Shown in pieces: positions 39,029-47,998 of a DNA stretch of 64,000 bases. Position 1 is the first letter of the stretch, and every line of letters begins with the position of its first letter. Below the pieces are notes generated by a model that saw only the letters and a program-made list of their open reading frames with translations, did no database searches and was not told where the DNA came from. Origin of the DNA: Sediminibacterium sp. (GTDB lineage Bacteria; Bacteroidota; Bacteroidia; Chitinophagales; Chitinophagaceae); contig JAFWCB010000005.1 in NCBI GenBank assembly GCA_017537025.1, forward strand, positions 586,104-650,103, given 5' to 3'. The translations under genes and the position numbers were made by a program.

Positions 39029-39160
39029 GCTAAAAGTTAAACAATTTTTTCGATGTTTAGCCATTCTATTCAACAAAATTTGCTAAATCACCCCCTTTTT
39101 AAAAAGGGTTGCGAAGTTAACGAACTGGCTTGGCAATACCATCCTTACACTGTTAAAGTT

Positions 39161-39168
39161 TACCTTTG
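39161..39168 (+). promoter_or_regulatory. -7 promoter element (TACCTTTG) for kdsD-manC
   Basis: Exact match 6 nt before ATG 39175. Confidence 0.6.
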
Positions 39169-39174
39169 TAGGGT

Positions 39175-40137
39175 ATGAAAACATCCATTCGCCATATTGC
39201 TTTACAAGCCATTGAAACAGAAGCCGCTTCTGTTAAGGGTTTGGCTAATTTTATAGATAACTCTTTTGAAGATATTATTCATCTTATTCATCAATCGAAA
39301 GGGAGACTAGTTGTTAGTGGGATAGGAAAAAGTGCTATAATAGCTCAAAAAATTGTTGCCACCCTTAATTCTACCGGCACCCCATCCCTTTTTATGCATG
39401 CAGCCGATGCTATTCATGGCGATTTAGGGATGATAACCCCTGATGATACCGTTTTACTGATCTCTAAAAGCGGGGAAAGTCCCGAAATAAAGGTACTGGT
39501 GCCCCTTATTAAAAACTTTGGTAATACCTTAATCGGTATGGTTGGAAATATCAATAGTTTCTTAGCCCAGCAAGCCAATTTTGTATTGGATACTTCTGTG
39601 GAAAAAGAAGCCTGTATTAATAACTTGGCTCCTACAAGCAGCACCACGGCTCAAATGGTAATGGGGGATGTATTAGCTGTTTGTTTAATGGAGTTAAATG
39701 GCTTTAAAGACCGCGATTTTGCTCGCTTTCATCCTGGAGGTAATCTGGGTAAACGCTTGTATTTACGGGTTGAAGAATTAGCTGCCTCGAATGAAAAGCC
39801 CGCTGTTTTATCAACAGCAAGTCTAAGATCAGTAATTGTTGAGATCACAGAGAAGAGATTGGGCGTTACTGCAGTAACCGATGAAGAAGGAAAATTGATC
39901 GGTATCATTACCGATGGGGATCTTCGCCGCATGCTCGAGAAAACCACTGATATAAGCAATATTAAAGCCTCCGATATTCTTACATCTAATCCCAAAACCG
40001 TATCACCTCAAACCCTTGCTGTGGATGCACTAACGATATTAAAGGATCATGATATTAGTCAGCTCGCCGTTACCGAAAACGGTATTTACAAAGGTATTTT
40101 ACATTTACATGATTTGGTGAGAGAAGGGATTGTATAA
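39175..40137 (+). CDS. kdsD: Arabinose-5-phosphate isomerase (KpsF/GutQ family, SIS plus 2 CBS)
   Basis: GIGKS, HGDLG, SKSGES, APTSST, FHPGG, CBS pair. Confidence 0.93.
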   Translation: MKTSIRHIALQAIETEAASVKGLANFIDNSFEDIIHLIHQSKGRLVVSGIGKSAIIAQKIVATLNSTGTPSLFMHAADAIHGDLGMITPDDTVLLISKSGESPEIKVLVPLIKNFGNTLIGMVGNINSFLAQQANFVLDTSVEKEACINNLAPTSSTTAQMVMGDVLAVCLMELNGFKDRDFARFHPGGNLGKRLYLRVEELAASNEKPAVLSTASLRSVIVEITEKRLGVTAVTDEEGKLIGIITDGDLRRMLEKTTDISNIKASDILTSNPKTVSPQTLAVDALTILKDHDISQLAVTENGIYKGILHLHDLVREGIV

Positions 40138-40207
40138 AGTTGCAATAAGTTGACTTTGAATGCGTTAAATAAACCGTACTATTGCATTTTTAAAACTCAA
40201 CCCAACG

Positions 40208-41290
40208 ATGAATAAACACCATTATGTAGCCATTATGGCCGGTGGAATCGGCAGCCGTTTTTGGCCCAAAAGCCGTACTTCTTATCCAAAACAATTTCTA
40301 GACATTCTAAATACGGGTAAATCGCTTATCCGGTGGACCTACGAACGTTATCTCGCATTTATTCCGAATGAAAACATTTATATCGTTACCTCTGAGGAAT
40401 ATGTAGCCATCGTTAAGGAACAATTGCCTGAACTACCTGTTGAAAATATTTTAGCAGAACCCAGCCGGAAAAATACAGCTCCCTGTGTTGCCTATATCTC
40501 TTATAAATTATTACAAAAAGATCCGGAAGCTTCCTTAATAGTAGCTCCTAGCGATCATATGATTTTAGATAATGAGAATTTTAGAAAGATAACTGAGCTG
40601 GCGCTCGATTTTGTATCACATATCAAATCACTGGTTACACTGGGTATTAAACCAACTCACCCGAATACCGGATATGGCTACATTCAGCATGAGCCATTAC
40701 AAGTAGCAGATGGTATTTATAAGGTAAAAACATTTACAGAAAAGCCAAATCTGGAATTAGCAAAAACATTTTTAGCCAGTGGCGATTTCTTATGGAATGC
40801 CGGCATCTTTGTTTGGCAGGTAAAAAATGTAATGAAAGCCTTTGAAATATACCAGCCCGAAATGTATGAGCTTTTTGAAGCCGAGAAAGTACATTTCAAT
40901 ACGCCAACAGAGAAAGAAGCTATCAATCGTATCTACCCCCTATGCACCAACGTTTCCATTGATTTTGCCATTATGGAAAAAGCCGATAATGTATACGTTA
41001 TACCTTCCTCCTTTGGCTGGAGCGATTTAGGTACCTGGAATAGTGCCTATGATAATTTAGAAAAGGATTATTTAGGTAATGCTGTGGCTACTGAAAATGT
41101 AATTGTGATTGATGCTACAAAATGTATGGTATCGGCTCAACCCGATAAATTATTAGTGCTACAAGGGCTTGATGATTTTATTGTAGTAGATACCGACGAT
41201 GTATTACTTATCTGTAAAAAAGAAAAAGAGCAGGCCATTAAAGAATATGTTGCTGAAGTGAAACGTAATAAAGGCGATCATTATTTATAA
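40208..41290 (+). CDS. manC: Mannose-1-phosphate guanylyltransferase
   Basis: MAGGIGSRFWP, PKQF, EPSRKNTAP, PSDH, GYGYI, FTEKP, WNAG, WSDLGTW. Confidence 0.95.
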   Translation: MNKHHYVAIMAGGIGSRFWPKSRTSYPKQFLDILNTGKSLIRWTYERYLAFIPNENIYIVTSEEYVAIVKEQLPELPVENILAEPSRKNTAPCVAYISYKLLQKDPEASLIVAPSDHMILDNENFRKITELALDFVSHIKSLVTLGIKPTHPNTGYGYIQHEPLQVADGIYKVKTFTEKPNLELAKTFLASGDFLWNAGIFVWQVKNVMKAFEIYQPEMYELFEAEKVHFNTPTEKEAINRIYPLCTNVSIDFAIMEKADNVYVIPSSFGWSDLGTWNSAYDNLEKDYLGNAVATENVIVIDATKCMVSAQPDKLLVLQGLDDFIVVDTDDVLLICKKEKEQAIKEYVAEVKRNKGDHYL

Positions 41291-41380
41291 TTTTCTTACC
41301 CCTCACTATAATTTTTAGCATAGCCCTTGTGGAGTATGCTAAAAATTTATGTTTATATTTATTGCGCTCAAAAATCTCAA

Positions 41381-42454
41381 ATGTCTCTAAGAACTGTTAT
41401 TACGGGTACCGGCAGCTATATACCGCCGCACATCAAAACCAATAAGGATTTTGCTCAACAGGAGTTTTATGCAGAAGACCATGAGCGTATTGCTACACCG
41501 GCAAATGAAATTGTAGAGAAATTTAAAGATATCACAGGTATTGAAGAGCGCCGTTATGTAGGTAATGAGTTTACTGCATCGGATATGGGTATTATTGCTG
41601 CTAAGCATGCTATAGAAGATGCAAAAGTAGACCCCGAAACAATAGATCAAATTATTGTTGCTCATAATTTCGGGAATGTACTAAAGCACACTATTCAAAC
41701 AGATGTATTGCCTGCTTTGGCATCGCGTATCAAACAGGGGCTGGGTATTCAAAACCCTAACTGTGTAGCCTATGATATTTTATTTGGATGCCCGGGATGG
41801 ATTCAGGGCTTGATTCAAGCAGAAGCGTATATTAAATCCGGACAAGCCAAAAAATGCTTAGTTATTGGTACAGAAACTTTAAGTAGGGTTATCGATGAAT
41901 ATGATAGAGATAGTATGATTTTTAGTGATGGTGCTGGAGCAACTGTGGTAGAAGGAATCGATGATGAGCATACAAATGGATTAATGTCGCTGAGTGTACA
42001 AAGCCACTGTTCAGAAGAAACTTATTACTTGTACATGGGTAAATCAAATTTACCAAACTCTGATCCGGCTGTGCGGTATATGAAAATGAAGGGGCGAAAA
42101 GTTTACGAATACGCCATTAAAAATGTACCCCTTGCTATGAAATCCTGTTTAGATAAGTGTGGTGTACACGTAACAGAAGTAAAAAAATTCTTTTTACATC
42201 AGGCCAATGAAAAAATGGATGAAGGATTTATAAAAGCACTTTTCAAATTATACGGAATCAGAGAAATTCCCTCACATATAATGCCAATGAGTATCCATAA
42301 ATTAGGCAATAGTTCGGTAGCTACCATTCCTACACTTTACGATTTAGTAAAAAGAAGAGTATTAGATAATCACACTATGGAAAAAGGGGATATCGTAATG
42401 TTTGCCTCTGTTGGCGCAGGTATGAATATCAATGCCGTTTGTTACAGGGTGTAA
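41381..42454 (+). CDS. fabH: 3-oxoacyl-ACP synthase III (FabH-like paralog)
   Basis: Cys-His-Asn triad in FGCPG, FLHQAN, LGNSS; FSDGAGA; start moved to 41381. Confidence 0.85.
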   Translation: MSLRTVITGTGSYIPPHIKTNKDFAQQEFYAEDHERIATPANEIVEKFKDITGIEERRYVGNEFTASDMGIIAAKHAIEDAKVDPETIDQIIVAHNFGNVLKHTIQTDVLPALASRIKQGLGIQNPNCVAYDILFGCPGWIQGLIQAEAYIKSGQAKKCLVIGTETLSRVIDEYDRDSMIFSDGAGATVVEGIDDEHTNGLMSLSVQSHCSEETYYLYMGKSNLPNSDPAVRYMKMKGRKVYEYAIKNVPLAMKSCLDKCGVHVTEVKKFFLHQANEKMDEGFIKALFKLYGIREIPSHIMPMSIHKLGNSSVATIPTLYDLVKRRVLDNHTMEKGDIVMFASVGAGMNINAVCYRV

Positions 42455-42553
42455 TATTAATTTTCTATAGGGTATTGTTTTTGTAATTTTTTATTTAGAC
42501 CTTGTGTGTACTAGCCCCCGGTAGTATAGATCAATTCATCTAATACTACAGCT

Positions 42554-43435
42554 ATGAATATTTGGCAAAGACTACTCAATATATGGAGGTGTCTTTTTAG
42601 TTTTCAATTTCCTCCTTCAATTCATTCTAAAGGAAAATTCGGGATGACGCAAACTGAGTTTGAGCAGCACGTAAACTTCATGCTGGAAAACACTTCTTTA
42701 CTCTGCCAAACACATTATACTGATTGCTGTGGCTTCTATGCTTTTTTTTACTGTTGGATTCATAAAGAGCCTGATCTTTTCAAACAGTTCATATATGCAT
42801 TATATCATTATGAATCGGCTCGCTATAATGGAAGAGATTATATCGTTAGGGCAGAAATTAAAGCCGCTTTAGAAAAGGGATTGCGCTCCGATCCTACACA
42901 AGACTGGGGAATACTAAACAAAAAATTACCTCACAATGCCGAGATGCTAATTGCACTTATGTTAGCAGACACTTTTAGTTTTCTACCGTTCTATTACGAA
43001 CCATATAGTAACGAAAAACATTTTGAAAATAAAGCAATTTGGGCGGGTATGAGCATGGCTTCGCAAGAAAGACTATTGCATTCGTTCGGATTTGAAATTA
43101 ATAGTATTGGTAATGATTTTATCGAGACAAATATTTTCCCTTTTGATGATGAAGAAAGAAGTCTCTTAAGAGCATCGCTAGATCAACAGAAAAAAATATT
43201 GATGCTGGTAAATAGTTGGATGATGATACCCGGTTGTATAGATCCCTTTCCGGCTAATTACACACCACGCCCCGATCCCGGATTTCCGGTAAACGGACTT
43301 GTTGGTACCCATTGGATTGTTTTGCTATCCTATTCTCAAAATAATTCCGTTTTTTGGGACTATGGTTCTCCTAACGGAAGGAATTATGCAGGAGATCTGC
43401 TAAACTGTACGGCGGGATTTATTGTATTATCTTAA
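42554..43435 (+). CDS. Hypothetical protein with putative papain-like Cys/His/Asp catalytic residues
   Basis: Q-x5-C (QTHYTDCCG), HWIVL and FWDYG; has its own terminator. Confidence 0.65.
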   Translation: MNIWQRLLNIWRCLFSFQFPPSIHSKGKFGMTQTEFEQHVNFMLENTSLLCQTHYTDCCGFYAFFYCWIHKEPDLFKQFIYALYHYESARYNGRDYIVRAEIKAALEKGLRSDPTQDWGILNKKLPHNAEMLIALMLADTFSFLPFYYEPYSNEKHFENKAIWAGMSMASQERLLHSFGFEINSIGNDFIETNIFPFDDEERSLLRASLDQQKKILMLVNSWMMIPGCIDPFPANYTPRPDPGFPVNGLVGTHWIVLLSYSQNNSVFWDYGSPNGRNYAGDLLNCTAGFIVLS

Positions 43436-43440
43436 TGAAG

Positions 43441-43472
43441 AAAGCCTCCCCGCAAAAGCGGAAGAGGCTTTT
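43441..43472 (+). terminator. Intrinsic terminator after the papain-like gene
   Basis: AAAGCCTC...CCGC-AAAA-GCGG...GAGGCTTTT stem-loop immediately after the stop. Confidence 0.7.
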
Positions 43473-43640
43473 ATTAACTATCCCCCAATAGTTCATAAGT
43501 TGTACCCCGGACATTGGATGATAAAAACGGGGTTCAAACGTTGTATCGATTTATTTTATACCTTTCTTGCAAATACCTTTAATCTCAACTTTGGTAACGT
43601 TTGATAAATCAAAAATAGAGGTAAAAACGAGGCGAGTCAA

Positions 43641-43656
43641 CTGCGAAATTCCGCAG
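43641..43656. promoter_or_regulatory. Palindromic operator-like site CTGCG-N6-CGCAG upstream of the LuxR gene
   Basis: Inverted repeat ending 19 nt upstream of the -7 element, over the -33 region. Confidence 0.5.
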
Positions 43657-43675
43657 GTTGTTTAACCTTTTAAGG

Positions 43676-43683
43676 TAATTTTG
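43676..43683 (+). promoter_or_regulatory. -7 promoter element (TAATTTTG) for the LuxR gene
   Basis: Exact match 5 nt before ATG 43689. Confidence 0.6.
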
Positions 43684-43688
43684 TAAAC

Positions 43689-44423
43689 ATGATTAACACC
43701 GATTCTAGCTATTATACCCAAAAAGTTGTTTCTTCTCTCCCGGCCGATCCAAACAGTCCGGAATTTCAGCATTTTAAAAAAATTATTAAGCGCTTTCCGG
43801 AAGAAGCTATTTATATCTATTCTATGAAGGAAAATAGAATGCTATTTACAGCCGGTTGGAAGGAAACACTCGGGTACGACGATGATAAAATAAACCTACA
43901 AACTATTGTAAGTCAAACCGATCCTGCTCACGCACCATTTACATATGATATTAATGATAAAGCCATTCGATTTTTAGCAACGCCTAGAGAAGATATAGAG
44001 GACTACAGCTTTACATTCGAAACCAGGAAAATTCATAAGAATGGAAATCTCGTTCCTATGGAAATAAAAATTGGCGTGTATAGCGGAGAAAATGGACTCA
44101 TTAAAGAAGCGATCGGAAGATTTCAGGTAAACAGAAGTTTGCGCTTCGGAAAAGTGATTCGGTATTCGGCTTTTGGACCTGAAAAAAATGAGTTTGAAGA
44201 TGAACTCAATAAGTCTTTATTTAATTATCAAACCATTTCAGGTAAAGAAAAAGAGGCTCTTGTTTACTTAGCAAAGGGGTATACATTTAAAGAAATTGCC
44301 GACGAATTAAATATCACTTCTTCAGCTGTTGAAAAAAGAATTCTTCCACTATACAAAAGATTCGAGGTAAAAAGTTTGGCACATTTAATAAGCTTTGCTT
44401 ACGAAAACTTTATCTTACCATAA
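43689..44423 (+). CDS. LuxR-type HTH regulator with N-terminal PAS-like sensor domain
   Basis: C-terminal ISGKEKEALVYLAKGYTFKEIADELNITSSAVEK; N-terminal PAS-like IYIYS...ETLGY...RKIHKNG. Confidence 0.85.
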   Translation: MINTDSSYYTQKVVSSLPADPNSPEFQHFKKIIKRFPEEAIYIYSMKENRMLFTAGWKETLGYDDDKINLQTIVSQTDPAHAPFTYDINDKAIRFLATPREDIEDYSFTFETRKIHKNGNLVPMEIKIGVYSGENGLIKEAIGRFQVNRSLRFGKVIRYSAFGPEKNEFEDELNKSLFNYQTISGKEKEALVYLAKGYTFKEIADELNITSSAVEKRILPLYKRFEVKSLAHLISFAYENFILP

Positions 44424-45473
44424 TTACACACCCATCTCTAAGTGAATAATATTTTCCACAGCTACCCCCAATTGCACCAACAATTGATGCCAATCGTTAT
44501 GGATATTCTTATCACCGGCATTACCTAGTACCCAAATAATATTACCCCGAATGATAGCCGCTTTATTATCGGCTAAGGCAGTCAAATGAGCAGCAAATAA
44601 ATCGGCAGTTATGGTTTCCTCTTTTATAGGATCGCCGGGGTTAATATCATCTATCACCAAGCAATCGGCAGTACGCCAAGTGCATAAAGCAAATGGATCT
44701 TCTGCTAAAAGATCAGCATCGGTATCGTATAAATCCGTTAATAATTTTGTACCGGTAGTATACATACAAGCATATCGCTGAATAGATTGCTCATTAGCTA
44801 AAGCCACTGCAATAGCTGTTTTGCCTGTTCCTTGTGCGCCATACACTAATATATGTTTCCCACTCTTATCTCCTTTATAATAGTCTTCAATTGTTTTCTT
44901 AGCTATATCAGTGATGGGATGATTCCATTGGCTTAATCTTAATTGATAAGGATACTCCGCCGTTTGCTGACAAATTTTGGTGATATACCAAGAACGACTG
45001 CGATATAATAAGTATAACAAAAGCAAAACAGGAGCGATCCATAACCATTTACATTCAGGAGAACTACCCGCTGCAAAACTCAGTCCTCCAAAAGTGAAAT
45101 AACCCATATCTATTAGGGTATCATCAATAATATTTTTATTGTCAGGATTGAAAACATATTTTCCATCATTACCCCTTCCTTCTTTAAACTGCTCCAAAAT
45201 ATTATAGACTTCAAAACCAATCCATAACAAAGACATACCCACTCCTGCCCATAAACCAGGGTGTCGTAAACAAGGCCAACAATGCTTCAATATTAAATAA
45301 ATGCCCGAAGCAGGTCCAAATGCTAATGCAAAATGCCCTATTTGATTAGCGAGGTAGGCATAACTTAAAGTTGCGCCTCGGTAAGAATCCTTACCAATTA
45401 AATCGTATTTGAGTTGCGCGCGTATGCGCTTTGAAGATATAGGATGTGAAGGTTGCATCCCGTTAAGATACAA
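44424..45473 (-). CDS. Hypothetical membrane protein fused to a DnaC/IstB-like P-loop ATPase
   Basis: About 4 hydrophobic helices, then Walker A GAQGTGKT and Walker B LVIDD; start TTG 45473 or ATG 45458. Confidence 0.75.
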   Translation of the reverse strand: MYLNGMQPSHPISSKRIRAQLKYDLIGKDSYRGATLSYAYLANQIGHFALAFGPASGIYLILKHCWPCLRHPGLWAGVGMSLLWIGFEVYNILEQFKEGRGNDGKYVFNPDNKNIIDDTLIDMGYFTFGGLSFAAGSSPECKWLWIAPVLLLLYLLYRSRSWYITKICQQTAEYPYQLRLSQWNHPITDIAKKTIEDYYKGDKSGKHILVYGAQGTGKTAIAVALANEQSIQRYACMYTTGTKLLTDLYDTDADLLAEDPFALCTWRTADCLVIDDINPGDPIKEETITADLFAAHLTALADNKAAIIRGNIIWVLGNAGDKNIHNDWHQLLVQLGVAVENIIHLEMGV

Positions 45474-45486
45474 AATTTCCTATTAT

Positions 45487-47334
45487 TTAATACCCCCTCA
45501 CATTTTTACCCTCCATATAATTAAGGAATGCTTTGTTCACTACTTTATTTCCACCGGGGGTTGGGTAGTTACCGGTGAAATACCAATCGCCCGTATTAGT
45601 AGGACAACTATCATGCAAATCTTCAATCGTTTGATATATCACTTCTACAGGAATATTAATGCCTTTAGGCGTTATGAGTTGGGCAATTTTTGCGGATATT
45701 TCCTCCGTACTAAATGGCTTATAAATTTGCCGAACAACGTTCTCCGTATGCAATTGATTCGTACGATGCAGTTCTTTAATTTTATTCAATACATCCTGTG
45801 TAACATGCTCCATCCCTTTTTCTTTCAGCAATGCTATAGCTGCCCTAAAAGCAATAAAATCGCCCATCTTACTCATATCGATACCGTAACAATCGGGATA
45901 CCGAATTTGTGGTGCCGATGATACCACGATTATTTTTTTAGGATGCAAGCGAGATAGCATACGTACGATACTTTCTTTCAACGTAGTTCCCCGCACAATA
46001 CTATCATCAATAACCACTAATGTATCTTCATCCTTCCTCACAGTGCCATACGTAACATCGTATACGTGTTGCACCATTTCATTTCTGTTAGCGTCTTCAG
46101 TAATAAATGTTCTGAGCTTTACATCTTTAATAGCGATTTTCTCTTGGCGAATTTTTCTATTCACCATCTCTTCCAACTTCTCTGCTGTAAAATCATTACC
46201 CCAACTCAATATTCTTTCAACCTTAATTTTATTCAGGTATTCTTCCATACCTTTTACCAAACCAAAAAATGCTACTTCAGCCGTATTGGGTATATAAGAA
46301 AATATGGTATTTTTCAAATCGTAATTAATACGTTCTAAAACAGTTCTGCTTAAATGATGCCCCAAAGCAATTCTCTCTCTATATATTTTTTCATCGCTAC
46401 CTCTCGAAAAATAAATACGTTCAAAGCTACAAGCCCTTCTTTCTTTAGGTTCTAATATTTTTTCTATACGGTAGTTACCGGCATCATCTACCAGCAATGC
46501 CATACCCGGCATGAGTTCCAGCACTTCGTTTTCTCCCACATTAAAAGTGGTACGGATGGCGGCTCGCTCGCTCGCTGCTACAATCACTTCATCATTGATA
46601 TAATAATAAGCTGGCCTAATACCATGCGCATCTCGCATAATAAAACTATAGCCATTACCCAATAAACCCCCAATGGTGTATCCGCCATCGAATAAGGGTG
46701 TTGCCTTCTTCAATACCGCAGAAATATTCGCTGCATTCGGATTCAACTCATCTTCCTTCGATAAAAAATGATGTAATACTTCCATCATAGCGGCTAGATC
46801 ACTTTGCTTCTGAAAATCACCCGGACTCATATTGATCAAATCAAATAACTCATCGGTATTCACCAAATTAAAGTTACCTGCCAATGCCAGGTTTTTGCCC
46901 GGCATCAGATCGCGCTTTATAAAAGGGTGACAAAATTCAACATTATTTTTCCCCTGTGTTCCGTAACGTAAATGCCCTAATAATAATTCTCCTAAAAATG
47001 GGAGATGTCCTTTCATTAAACCCGGGTGTTGTTTAATATCAGGTTGATATTTTTCAAGCTCTTGAATTTCTTGCCCCACTTTGAAAAATAAATCTGCTAT
47101 AGGTTGCGGTGCATTACTGCGCATACGATGCAGAAAAGGATTTCCGGGCTCGGTATTTAATTTAACAGTAGCAATACCCGCGCCATCTTGTCCGCGGTTA
47201 TGCTGTTTCTCCATGAGCAGATATAATTTATTCAGTCCATAGGTTACGCTGCCATGCTGTTGTAGGTAATAAGAGAATGGTTTGCGGAGGCGAATGTAGG
47301 CTAATCCGCATTCGTGTTTTATTTCGTCGCTCAT
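45487..47334 (-). CDS. purF: Amidophosphoribosyltransferase (long Bacteroidota type)
   Basis: Propeptide MSDEIKHE-CG, HNRGQDGAG, HLRYGT, PRPP motif VIDDSIVRGTT, YGIDM. Confidence 0.92.
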   Translation of the reverse strand: MSDEIKHECGLAYIRLRKPFSYYLQQHGSVTYGLNKLYLLMEKQHNRGQDGAGIATVKLNTEPGNPFLHRMRSNAPQPIADLFFKVGQEIQELEKYQPDIKQHPGLMKGHLPFLGELLLGHLRYGTQGKNNVEFCHPFIKRDLMPGKNLALAGNFNLVNTDELFDLINMSPGDFQKQSDLAAMMEVLHHFLSKEDELNPNAANISAVLKKATPLFDGGYTIGGLLGNGYSFIMRDAHGIRPAYYYINDEVIVAASERAAIRTTFNVGENEVLELMPGMALLVDDAGNYRIEKILEPKERRACSFERIYFSRGSDEKIYRERIALGHHLSRTVLERINYDLKNTIFSYIPNTAEVAFFGLVKGMEEYLNKIKVERILSWGNDFTAEKLEEMVNRKIRQEKIAIKDVKLRTFITEDANRNEMVQHVYDVTYGTVRKDEDTLVVIDDSIVRGTTLKESIVRMLSRLHPKKIIVVSSAPQIRYPDCYGIDMSKMGDFIAFRAAIALLKEKGMEHVTQDVLNKIKELHRTNQLHTENVVRQIYKPFSTEEISAKIAQLITPKGINIPVEVIYQTIEDLHDSCPTNTGDWYFTGNYPTPGGNKVVNKAFLNYMEGKNVRGY

Positions 47335-47345
47335 GGAAGGTTGTT

Positions 47346-47377
47346 AAAAAGAAGGGGCGAAGTTACAACTCCGCCCC
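47346..47377 (-). terminator. Intrinsic terminator between the FMN reductase gene and purF
   Basis: - strand GGGGCGGAGTT-GT-AACTTCGCCCC then TTCTTTTT. Confidence 0.75.
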
Positions 47378-47388
47378 AGTATTCTATA

Positions 47389-47952
47389 TTAATTATATAC
47401 CGTTTGTTTTTCCGGTTGCAGGGTTTCTGCTAACCATAAAAATTCTTTCACAAAAACATCTACCGATTTTTCAAAAGAAGTATCGAGCAAGTTACCGGCT
47501 GCATCAAATTTTTTATCTACAAAAGGAGTAACCAACATATGTGGCGATGCTACACCAAATAATGCCGGAACTAATAGTAGAAGCTGTTGTGTTGCCCGCA
47601 TGCCACCCATGGCACCTACAGAACCCGTTACAATACCAAAGGCTTTATGTGATTGCTTCGGGAAATGGTCTAGCAGGTTTTGTAAAGCAGGAGAATAACT
47701 GCCATTATATTCAGGGGTTACTAAAATAAAGGCATCTGCCGCTAACATTCTTCTGGTAAGTGGTTTAAAAGCATCCGGTGTATTTTCCACACTAGTAAAA
47801 ACATCGTTCAGTAAGGGTAAGTTCCAGTCTCTTACATCAATGATATTTATTTCATGATCCGTATTCTTTTGGAAGTGTTGCTGCAAGAACAGCGCTAGTC
47901 TATTGGTAACGCTGTTTTTACGGGGGCTCCCAGATATAATTTCTATTTTCAT
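47389..47952 (-). CDS. NAD(P)H-dependent FMN reductase (flavodoxin-like fold)
   Basis: GSPRKNS, TPEYNGSYSPALQNLLD, GGMRA. Confidence 0.92.
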   Translation of the reverse strand: MKIEIISGSPRKNSVTNRLALFLQQHFQKNTDHEINIIDVRDWNLPLLNDVFTSVENTPDAFKPLTRRMLAADAFILVTPEYNGSYSPALQNLLDHFPKQSHKAFGIVTGSVGAMGGMRATQQLLLLVPALFGVASPHMLVTPFVDKKFDAAGNLLDTSFEKSVDVFVKEFLWLAETLQPEKQTVYN

Positions 47953-47953
47953 G

Positions 47954-47965
47954 TTGTTATAACAA
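47954..47965. promoter_or_regulatory. Palindrome TTGTTATAACAA adjacent to the FMN reductase start; possible degenerate MarR operator
   Basis: Perfect 12-bp palindrome sharing the TGT-W4-ACA layout with the ATGTATATACAT sites. Confidence 0.4.
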
Positions 47966-47998
47966 TTAATGCGCCTATCAGTTCACAAAGTTAGCTAA

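Noticed and set aside
43422-43604. 60-aa ORF after the papain-like gene
   Set aside because: Runs through an intrinsic terminator and has no motif
44424-45473. IS21-family element (IstB-like ATPase)
   Set aside because: No IstA transposase or terminal inverted repeats; the ATPase is fused to a membrane domain
45487-47334. PurF lacking the C-terminal CxxC of the Bacillus-type Fe-S cluster
   Set aside because: Fe-S-independent PurF enzymes are well known (E. coli type)
47335-47400. ZTP or purine riboswitch upstream of purF
   Set aside because: No recognisable aptamer consensus and too little intergenic space; only a terminator hairpin is visible
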